64,000 bases of DNA from an uncultured Anaerolineales bacterium. GTDB lineage: Bacteria; Chloroflexota; Anaerolineae; B4-G1; SLSP01. Positions 36,001 through 42,411 of this stretch are shown one piece after another. A program made the translations under genes and the position numbers. The notes under the pieces are model-generated. The model did not search any database. It had not been told where the DNA came from and saw only the letters and a program-made list of their open reading frames with translations. Where the stretch lies: assembly GCA_964612845.1 (NCBI GenBank), contig CAZTEO010000002.1:1690-65689 (forward strand). The letters run 5' to 3'. Numbering within the stretch: the stretch's first letter is position 1; each line of letters begins with the position of its first letter.

Positions 36001-36289
36001 TTTCATCATGAGGCCTTGGTTCACTCTCTTCGTCCGGAGATGAACGGGTTGGTAGAGAAAGTGCTTTCATTCCTACCCCGGTATCCATCACAGGATCTTT
36101 TTTCGGGGGCACCATGCCCTCTGCCGAAACCAGGCGAGCGTGACATTTGTCGCAGAAGACGCTGCCTACCGGGTTGACGGCGCCACACATGGGACACCGA
36201 ATGCGTGCGGCTTGTAATTCGCCTCCGCACTCATTGCAAAAGCGGCTACCATCTCTATTAAGCGCTCCACACTTTGAACAACGAATCAT
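33083..36289 (-). CDS. 1068-aa double zinc-ribbon protein with about 630 aa of acidic PDWL-motif repeats, then TM, outside domain, TM and a basic tail
   Basis: N-terminus has CSKCGALNRDGSRFCNECG and CPMCGAVNPVGSVFCDKCH. There are 17 P-[DNES]-W-[LV] motifs. TM helices are LLLVLCAAVVVVIWGFL and WVAAGLILIGAGASLIF, followed by RKRKRSA. Confidence 0.7.
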   Translation of the reverse strand: MIRCSKCGALNRDGSRFCNECGGELQAARIRCPMCGAVNPVGSVFCDKCHARLVSAEGMVPPKKDPVMDTGVGMKALSLPTRSSPDEESEPRPHDETFPDWLQGLLDETPSQTSPAERKASPPPFVEEDENEDEVAPGELPDWLSGVDQDNAEGGPSAEQEFFVSDEVGTSEEASPAVPVHNSPGGPIESERDETPDWLTGHIEETDAPALDTPTGEFPDWLRDLAADDSETSEIEDAPSETPDWLAAMAADSHAAPSVEKAAQGKIPDWLTEDQDTTPEPKPAAQAQAPATLSDAQPKEDAEEELPDWLADAQTESQAPAAPEPEARPEMERAEEESEDKTEDELPNWLAGLQAESPAPEAQPTIESATDTEPEEELPDWLADVQAESPAPETQPEIEPAAATEPEDKIPDWLAGLQSESQAPELEMEPAADAEPEEELPDWLASVQGESPGVTEAETGLDEKPSAPFAMSGSGEELEMDTEDDLPDWLASIQGAPESATTQSETPLDEAEPTPFDITESGEDEGMASGAQPEEAEALPDWLSGMQAEGPDTEPVAVSTELPESLEEQAEDLPNWLGDLKPTEIAEEKRAEPSPFPDQGKAIDEIGTQPEAREVPGSIQEEPPERPEREQAPISMAEESEDVGESEIPEWLRDLGPAPVKSEDVSKAPLPEGLEQADLPSWLSNLQPPGTGPLPEHGLSEEEIEELTEKGLVRAEIPEWVETLRPTGEATEITRTVDVEPEAIIEPEVEGPLSGMQNALASRPLVDMPADFQLALRLEPPDHLVEEAQLWQELLERPPSEEHIVRQKPTKTRWPESLLRAGLLLVLCAAVVVVIWGFLPDALFSQPTQPNVTSLVSVVDTLQAGDTVALVLEYGPAEAGEMQSLVEATLDHLLAREAQVQILTTVPVGEALIQERLAWAEETILADEPSTVESLGYWAGGSSGVASFLASTSNDEKSELLLVVAARPERLRWWIEQNTALGDAAHPLGVAVSAAAGPMARPYLQSTEVDGWLVGIQGAAAYWQARDIPNINVTRQANAVTFTQWVAAGLILIGAGASLIFRKRKRSA
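34976..35257 (-). repeat. three near-identical in-frame tandem units (32, 32 and 30 aa) inside the PDWL-repeat gene
   Basis: ELPNWLAGLQAESPAPEAQPTIESATDTEPEE / ELPDWLADVQAESPAPETQPEIEPAAATEPED / KIPDWLAGLQSESQAPELEMEPAADAEPEE. The DNA-level repeat is visible (ggcaagccaatcagg...tcttccggctctgt recurs). Confidence 0.8.
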
Positions 36290-36300
36290 CTGTTCACTCT

Positions 36301-36915
36301 TTACTCATCAACATACGGTCGGGTCACAAAAATCGCGCGGAGGCCGGCGATGACGCTTCCTAGCGCGACTCCCAGAAGAAGGCCACGCATACCTGCTGTA
36401 GCAAGGACGCGTTCAATCCAATTGGAGATGTCCCCCACGATGGGCAAGGGCGCTGCTCTGATCAACATGAGTACAACGACGAGCATGAATAGCAAGCTGC
36501 TGACCGTTCGCCGATTTCTTACGGCTCGGACACCTGCCGCTAGCAACGTCACGGCAGTCAGAGCCAAAAGTGCCGATTCACCTGGAACCAGCACGGCACG
36601 CATGACATTTTGTCCCCAAATCCCAATTTGACCTACTGTAAATAATTCCCACAAGATTAAGCCGGCTGTGCCCAAGGCAAAGAGAACAATGATCAGGCTG
36701 GGTATGCGCCCCCGCCCTTTGCGTTGGAGACGTTTCAGATTGGCGCGCAGTAGATTTAGGAATGCGAGTGTAAAGGCAAAACATCCCAATATCATGGCCC
36801 ACTGCAGAAGGATTATGCGGATCTCCCGTAAGGGCGAAATGGGCCAGAATGTGCCCGCCAATACAGTAAGTGCTGCTAAGACGGCAATAGCTGTTGCGAT
36901 TACACGAAGTATCAT
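36301..36915 (-). CDS. polytopic membrane protein (about 6 TM), unknown family
   Basis: ATG 36915 lies 1 nt after the upstream TAA. Hydrophobic, with the basic loop KRLQRKGRGR. Confidence 0.55.
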   Translation of the reverse strand: MILRVIATAIAVLAALTVLAGTFWPISPLREIRIILLQWAMILGCFAFTLAFLNLLRANLKRLQRKGRGRIPSLIIVLFALGTAGLILWELFTVGQIGIWGQNVMRAVLVPGESALLALTAVTLLAAGVRAVRNRRTVSSLLFMLVVVLMLIRAAPLPIVGDISNWIERVLATAGMRGLLLGVALGSVIAGLRAIFVTRPYVDE

Positions 36916-36916
36916 C

Positions 36917-37681
36917 TTACCCGATTCCTATACCTAGCGCTGCAAGCACTGCGAGCACCACAATGCCTCCTGCCACAACCCAGTGTAGGATATATTGAGC
37001 TTGTAGAGCTGCCCGATATGTGGGGTGCTGATTTGCGACCGCGCTTCCCAGAAAGTGCTCTTCTCCAATCATCAGATTTTCTTGGGAGAGGGCCGGGAAC
37101 AGAGCCGCCAGTCCTATTGGCGAGGTCGTACTTGCTTTTGTCGGTGTTTTCCGTCGAGCAGCCGTGTCGCTGATAAAGGTAGCTTCTACATCGAAGAGTC
37201 CTAACATCAGGTTGGACCCGACGCCTTTTTCGTAAAGATAAATCGAAGCCATTGCGGCGTAGATTGTGGGTGAGGGGGCAAGGAACTGGACGAGCGTCGG
37301 ACGATAGCGATCTACGTTGCCCAACCGGGCGTATGCCCGGCGCATCCAGTCATCCGCCAAGAGATAGAGTGTGGGATCACCCGTCGTGATGATAGGTGGT
37401 GTATCGTATGCAGCAGAAAGATCGGCTAAGCCAGTGATGCTCTCCAGCGCTGCAATTGACGTTATGGCGTGTTCTTGCCACAGTGACCCGCTTCCCAGCG
37501 TGGCGTGAATCAGTGTGCCCTCTTCAGCCGCGCGACCCACTTCATCGGCGAGATCAGAGAAAACGGGGATTTTCTGCGCTTCCGGCGCGTCTCCTTGATT
37601 CTGGTTGCGAAGTCCTTGGGCGAAAATAGCAATCGCAGCCAACAACAGTATCAGCAGGCCAAAAGTTGCACTTATCGTCAT
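36917..37681 (-). CDS. bitopic/hairpin membrane protein: N-terminal TM, ~200-aa domain, C-terminal TM
   Basis: ATGA overlap with the upstream gene (37678-37681). TM helices are FGLLILLLAAIAIFA and ILHWVVAGGIVVLAVLAALGIGIG. Confidence 0.55.
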   Translation of the reverse strand: MTISATFGLLILLLAAIAIFAQGLRNQNQGDAPEAQKIPVFSDLADEVGRAAEEGTLIHATLGSGSLWQEHAITSIAALESITGLADLSAAYDTPPIITTGDPTLYLLADDWMRRAYARLGNVDRYRPTLVQFLAPSPTIYAAMASIYLYEKGVGSNLMLGLFDVEATFISDTAARRKTPTKASTTSPIGLAALFPALSQENLMIGEEHFLGSAVANQHPTYRAALQAQYILHWVVAGGIVVLAVLAALGIGIG

Positions 37682-37935
37682 GGGGTGGACACCTCTTTTT
37701 CGACCAACTGATCTTGCAGACGCAGAAGTATATCGGGATTAGCGAGAGCTCGCTCTAAAGGTGCTAGGTCCTGCGTGGACATAAACGGCTCAAGTATCCA
37801 GATTGCTGGGAGTATTAGACCCTGCATCACGTAGAGAAAATCTAGCAGCGGCAAAGCCCAATCCACCAGATGGTATGTCTCTAACCATGCTTCCCACTTC
37901 CGGTAAACTTCGTCGAGAGGTAGATTTGCCTTCAC
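37678..37935 (-). CDS. 85-aa hypothetical protein, first gene of the seven-gene operon
   Basis: GTG 37935 with GGAG 8 nt upstream. One hydrophobic segment, LDFLYVMQGLILPAIWIL. Confidence 0.45.
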   Translation of the reverse strand: MKANLPLDEVYRKWEAWLETYHLVDWALPLLDFLYVMQGLILPAIWILEPFMSTQDLAPLERALANPDILLRLQDQLVEKEVSTP

Positions 37936-37985
37936 AATCTCGTCTCCGGTCGGTCTCTCTATTAAGGTCGAGATTCCCCCGTGTC

Positions 37986-38082
37986 TAAGGGCTTGTTAAA
38001 AAATAACGTCCCGACTCTTGACTCAACTCTACACGTTTTATCAAGAGATTTCGCGTTTAAAGTCCAGAAAACAAGCCTTAAC
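37986..38082 (+). repeat. copy C of the roughly 90-nt dispersed repeat, plus-strand orientation, 50 nt upstream of (and antisense to) the seven-gene operon start
   Basis: TAAGGGCTTGTTAAAAAATAACGTCCCGACTCTTGACTCAACTCTACACGTTTTATCAAGAGATTTCGCGTTTAAAGTCCAGAAAACAAGCCTTAAC. Perfect 7-bp central hairpin CTCTTGA (38015-38021) / TCAAGAG (38041-38047). Termini AAGGGCTTGTT / AACAAGCCTT are complementary. Confidence 0.7.
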
Positions 38083-38407
38083 TATCAAATTTTGCGTATT
38101 TGTCACATAGATTGCCATCAACAGGTAACTCTATGTTTACGCGCCCTGATCTTTGCCTAAGATGTTCTCTTTTGACCAGCGGTTGCCTTCACACTGCGTC
38201 CTGAATGCATCACAGATGCTGAGGAAGTTTTCAATACTTCTTTGACGCTTCCAGTATAGCACGATTCAAAAAGGGTGTAAAGCCATTGTGAGACCACGGT
38301 TAGAAGTTCGCTGGTTCCTGGCTCTGATTTCAATACGGTGTGTCTCGTTGTTTGATAAAACCAAGACGGCGTCACTAATTGGGGCGCCAATTCGCTAAAA
38401 TTCACCC

Positions 38408-38435
38408 TTGTCAAAAACTGGGGATGTGGTATATT
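38408..38435 (+). promoter_or_regulatory. promoter TTGTCA-16-(TGG)TATATT for tRNA-Gly
   Basis: TTGTCA 38408-38413, extended -10 TGGTATATT ending at 38435. The tRNA starts at 38447. Confidence 0.5.
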
Positions 38436-38446
38436 GTTGAGAAGAT

Positions 38447-38519
38447 GCGGGCGTAGTTCAGTTGGTAGAACACCTCCTTGCCAAGGAGAAGGTCAAGGGT
38501 TCGAGTCCCTTCGCCCGCT
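38447..38519 (+). tRNA. tRNA-Gly (anticodon GCC)
   Basis: Manual cloverleaf: acceptor GCGGGCG/CGCCCGC, D arm GTTC..GAAC, anticodon loop TTGCCAA, T arm AAGGG-TTCGAGT-CCCTT. 73 nt, CCA not encoded. Confidence 0.9.
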
Positions 38520-38540
38520 CAAGAAGTTTCATATTGCGTG

Positions 38541-38595
38541 CCCACGTTTGAGCTGGCGTTAAGTGTGGTTTAGTTCAGAAACGTGGGTGTTTTTC
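38541..38595 (+). terminator. possible terminator after tRNA-Gly (9-bp stem, large loop, T-run)
   Basis: CCCACGTTT (38541-38549) pairs with AAACGTGGG (38579-38587), followed by TGTTTTT. The 29-nt loop makes it weak. Confidence 0.35.
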
Positions 38596-38614
38596 TACAA
38601 TATGGCTTCGGCTT

Positions 38615-38686
38615 GGCGACGTAGCCAAGAGGTAAGGCAGGGCTCTGCAAAAGCCTTATTCGTCGGTTCGAATCCGACCGTCGCCT
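38615..38686 (+). tRNA. tRNA-Cys (anticodon GCA)
   Basis: Acceptor GGCGACG/CGTCGCC, anticodon stem-loop GGGCT-CTGCAAA-AGCCT, T arm GTCGG-TTCGAAT-CCGAC. 72 nt. Confidence 0.9.
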
Positions 38687-38699
38687 TTACGCAACGTTA

Positions 38700-38729
38700 G
38701 GGCATCTATTGGAGATGCCCATTTCTTTG
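38700..38729 (+). terminator. rho-independent terminator after tRNA-Cys
   Basis: GGGCATCT (38700-38707), loop ATTGG, AGATGCCC (38713-38720), then ATTTCTTTG. Confidence 0.6.
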
Positions 38730-38733
38730 TCAA

Positions 38734-38817
38734 GGGGCGGTGGCGGAATCGGAAGACGCCGGGGACTTAAAATCCTCTACTCGAGAGAGTGTGTGGGTTC
38801 GACTCCCACCCGCCCTA
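38734..38817 (+). tRNA. tRNA-Leu (anticodon TAA), class II with a long variable arm
   Basis: Acceptor GGGGCGG/CCGCCCT (G1-U72), D arm GCG-GAATCGGAAGA-CGC, anticodon stem-loop GGGGA-CTTAAAA-TCCTC, variable arm TACTCGAGAGAGTGT, T arm GTGGG-TTCGACT-CCCAC. 84 nt. Confidence 0.85.
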
Positions 38818-38920
38818 TTTTGCATTATTCATCCTCAGATCAGACATACCTCTACCTTTGAGGTAGTTCTTCAGTCATGAGAGGGATCAAGCACACTCGA
38901 AAATTCTCAGCCAAACGCCA

Positions 38921-41900
38921 ATGACGAAACTTGCGGGTTCTATCCTCATTGTAGAAACCTCTCCAGAACGTCAATTGGATTCTCATGATGTGTTGTCCCA
39001 AGCCGGCTACGATGTCCACGTGGCTAGGCTGGAGCAAAAGCCACTGGACACCGCGTTAGATCTGCAGCCCAACCTGATCTTGGTTGACGTGGGGGCGGCT
39101 AATCCAGCTATTGAGGACCTCTTTCGGCACTTAAAAGCCTGCCCGGAGTTAGATACATCCCTCATCGTCTGCTGTTGTGACCATTCCTTGGTTCAGGACG
39201 TGGCTATGTTCTCTCAGGAAGCTGATGATGTCCTTATCTGTCCTACCTCTGATGTTGCGTTGGAGTCTCGCGTTGCTACACTTCTCCATCTTCAGCAAGC
39301 GGAACAGCGTCTCCGGCGTGTGGATAGGTTTCTGCAAGCCATGGATCGGATTGCTGAGCTGATCGATTCTGTCGAAAAGCCGCAGCTCTTACTTCAGACG
39401 ACCTGCGATGCTCTGGGTGAGAGCGGTCTTTACACCCACGCTTGGATCGCTTTGCTGGATGAGGGGCAGCCTCTGACTGTTGCGTCAAACCGAGGCGAGC
39501 TGTCGGTTGAATGCTGTGAACAACTTGTGATCCGCGTGCTGGATGCGATGGACGGCGCATCTTCTCCGTCCGTCATGACGGTCGTGGTTCCACGACTTCA
39601 TTGTCTCCAGAACAAGTTGACCGCTGGGAAGGAGCTGTGGGCAGCCCCGTTGGCTAACGAGGGACAGGTATACGGTCTCCTGGCTGTGACCATTCCTGAA
39701 TTGTGGATACCCAGAGAAGAGCCTCGGCTTTTTCAGCATCTTGCGGCAGATTTGGGCGCAGCTCTCCATCGACTCCATCGGGAACGCCAGCGACGAGAGA
39801 CCAGTGTGGCCTTGCATGAGAGTGAAATGCGCTTTCGTAAGATCTACGAACATGCATCTTTCGGCATTGCCATAGTCGATCAAGCGGGGCATATCCTGCG
39901 TGCTAATCCCTTCTTCTGTGATCTGCTGGGCTATACCGAAGATGCGTTGATGAAATTGACCACAGTAGATATCACGCATCCCGATGATTGGGAGCGGGAA
40001 ACGGCTGAGGTCCAAAAACTTATGGCGGGTCAACGCTCGGTGGTGCGGTTGGAGAAGCGTTATTTGACCAAGGACGGGGCTGTCGTCTGGGTCAATTTGA
40101 CCGCTAACCTGATTTGGGATGAAGCCGGTGCGTTCAAGTTTGGACTGGGTATGGTGGAAGATATAACCGAACGCAAGGAAGCTGAAGCTCAGTTGCAGCG
40201 CCTCCTTGACCGGCAAATGGCTGTTAATCGGTTGGCGTTGGCTATCGGTGACACACAGAATCTAGAAAGAATCTATCATATCATTTATGAACATGTCGTT
40301 GAGCTGATGGATAGCCACGCTTTTATTGTCTCCACCTATGATGATGTTAAGCGTGAAATCCGGGCGGGCTATGTGATTTCCCATCACCAAGAGATTGTGG
40401 ATGTCTCAGAGTTTCCACCGTTGCCTTTGGGAGAACCAGGAAGCGGTACGCAGAGCCAAGTCATTCACAGCGGGGAGCCGCTCTATGTACCGGATTGGCG
40501 AGCAGCCATGCAAAAAGCCAACGTGGAGTACAGGGTTGCAGAAAATGGCTCAGTCCATGAAGGCCCGCCGCCGCAGGAGGATAAGGAGATTACCCAATCC
40601 GGCATTCTCGTTCCCATGAAGGTCGAAGGAAAGACCATCGGGGTATTGCAAGTCCAAAGCCATAAGAAGGATGCGTATTCCCAGGAAGATGTGGACCTGC
40701 TGGCGTCTTTGGGCAATGTTGCGGCTGTGGCTATCCAGAACTCTCGTCTGTACAACCGACTCCAGCAGGAACTCGTGGAACGCCGCCGGATAGAGAGCGC
40801 CTTACGTGAGAGCGAGGCCCGTTATCGACTACTGTTCAATAGTGCTTCCGACTCCATATTCATCCATGACCTGAACGGAAAAATCCTGGAGGTCAACCAG
40901 CGGGCCTGCGAGCGTCTTGGATACAGTCGCGAGGAGCTCCTGAACATGTCGCCGGCAGATATCGACGCGCCGGAGTATGTGGAGGAGATAGAGAAGTATC
41001 TTGAGCAAATAGGGCAACACGATCACCGGTTGATCGAGAGTGTGCATGTTCGCAAAGACGGTACACGCTTCCCCGTAGAGCTGAGCACGCGCTTCATTTA
41101 CTACAATGACCAGCCCGCTCTCTTCACAGTGGCCCGTGATATCACGGAGCGCAAGGAAATTCAGCGCCGGCTACGTCAGCAAGAACGTTTGGCTGCGGTC
41201 GGTCAACTGGCTGGGGGCATTGCGCACGATTTCAACAATCTACTGACGACTATTATCCTCTATGCGCAGATGCCACTTAGTCAGCCGGATCTCTCCCCAC
41301 GGGTGCGTCAATCTCTGGACGTTATCCAGGGCGAATCGCAGAAAGCTGCCGAACTGATCCAACAGATTTTGGATTTCAGTCGTCGCGGCATGATGAAAAG
41401 CAAGCCGGTGGATCTCAAGCCATTTATCCAGGAATCCCTGTATATGTTGAGGCGGACGCTGCCGGCAACTATCGATCTGCAGTTGAGCCTGGAGTATGAA
41501 GCGCATTACGTTGTCAACGCTGACCCCACGCGGATTCAGCAGGCCCTGATGAATCTGGTGCTCAATGCTAGAGATGCCATGCCCGCTGGTGGAAAAATAG
41601 AGATCCGCATACGGCGTCATACGTTTAGTGCGGAAACTATGCCTGTGGCTGAGATGGCGCCCGGTCGATGGGTCTCTCTGACCGTAGCTGATGAGGGAAC
41701 GGGTATCTCGGATGAGGTGTTTTCGCATCTCTTTGAGCCCTTCTACACTACAAAAGAACCGGGCGAGGGTACAGGTTTAGGGCTAGCTCAGGTCTACGGC
41801 ATCGTCAAGCTGCATCACGGCTACATCGACGTTCAGACGCGTGTCGGTGAAGGGAGCGCTTTTCACCTCTACCTGCCTGAACACGAGGGCGTTCATGCGG

Positions 41901-42313
41901 AGAGAACGGCGCCGAAGCAAGAGGCGCTGCCGCGTGGACGGGGAGAACGGTTGCTTATCGCGGAAGACGAAGTAGGTGTGCGGCAGGCCATTGAAGAGAT
42001 TTTGGAACCGTTAGGTTACCATATCTGCGCTACCGCCGACGGTCGAGCAGCCTTGACCGCTTACCACGAGCATGAGGGCAATTTTGATCTGGTCATTACT
42101 GACTTGGTGATGCCCGAAATGGATGGCATGCTTCTGGCTCGAAATCTTCGCGATATAGATCCTGCGTTGAAAATCATCGGGATCACCGGATATGCGGTTG
42201 TGGATGATCTGGAGGATGTGCGCGATGGGCACGTCTGGGATGCAATCATCCAGAAACCCTTTGAAGTTCGTCTGCTGGCAGAAAAGGTCCGTGCCATTCT
42301 AGACGAGGATTAA
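38921..42313 (+). CDS. hybrid sensor histidine kinase (REC-like, GAF, PAS, GAF, PAS, HisKA, HATPase, REC)
   Basis: H box GGIAHDFNNLLTTI, N box NLVLNARDAM, G1 DEGTGI, G2 GTGLGLA. C-terminal receiver LLIAEDE...DLVITDLVMPEMDG...KPF. Two PAS segments each end in DITERK. Confidence 0.85.
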   Translation: MTKLAGSILIVETSPERQLDSHDVLSQAGYDVHVARLEQKPLDTALDLQPNLILVDVGAANPAIEDLFRHLKACPELDTSLIVCCCDHSLVQDVAMFSQEADDVLICPTSDVALESRVATLLHLQQAEQRLRRVDRFLQAMDRIAELIDSVEKPQLLLQTTCDALGESGLYTHAWIALLDEGQPLTVASNRGELSVECCEQLVIRVLDAMDGASSPSVMTVVVPRLHCLQNKLTAGKELWAAPLANEGQVYGLLAVTIPELWIPREEPRLFQHLAADLGAALHRLHRERQRRETSVALHESEMRFRKIYEHASFGIAIVDQAGHILRANPFFCDLLGYTEDALMKLTTVDITHPDDWERETAEVQKLMAGQRSVVRLEKRYLTKDGAVVWVNLTANLIWDEAGAFKFGLGMVEDITERKEAEAQLQRLLDRQMAVNRLALAIGDTQNLERIYHIIYEHVVELMDSHAFIVSTYDDVKREIRAGYVISHHQEIVDVSEFPPLPLGEPGSGTQSQVIHSGEPLYVPDWRAAMQKANVEYRVAENGSVHEGPPPQEDKEITQSGILVPMKVEGKTIGVLQVQSHKKDAYSQEDVDLLASLGNVAAVAIQNSRLYNRLQQELVERRRIESALRESEARYRLLFNSASDSIFIHDLNGKILEVNQRACERLGYSREELLNMSPADIDAPEYVEEIEKYLEQIGQHDHRLIESVHVRKDGTRFPVELSTRFIYYNDQPALFTVARDITERKEIQRRLRQQERLAAVGQLAGGIAHDFNNLLTTIILYAQMPLSQPDLSPRVRQSLDVIQGESQKAAELIQQILDFSRRGMMKSKPVDLKPFIQESLYMLRRTLPATIDLQLSLEYEAHYVVNADPTRIQQALMNLVLNARDAMPAGGKIEIRIRRHTFSAETMPVAEMAPGRWVSLTVADEGTGISDEVFSHLFEPFYTTKEPGEGTGLGLAQVYGIVKLHHGYIDVQTRVGEGSAFHLYLPEHEGVHAERTAPKQEALPRGRGERLLIAEDEVGVRQAIEEILEPLGYHICATADGRAALTAYHEHEGNFDLVITDLVMPEMDGMLLARNLRDIDPALKIIGITGYAVVDDLEDVRDGHVWDAIIQKPFEVRLLAEKVRAILDED

Positions 42314-42411
42314 CTTCCGAACGGGACGTCCAGGCGAATCACCTTCTGATCTTCCCGGAGGTCTACTCCGCTCCCGCCTGTACACATCCTGTCAAAACCC
42401 AGGCGGGGCAG

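Noticed and set aside
38157-38414. 85-aa minus-strand ORF in the AT-rich spacer
   Set aside because: It has a TTG start with no RBS, overlaps the tRNA-Gly promoter and has no recognisable motif. It is retained only as a remote possibility in the spacer finding.
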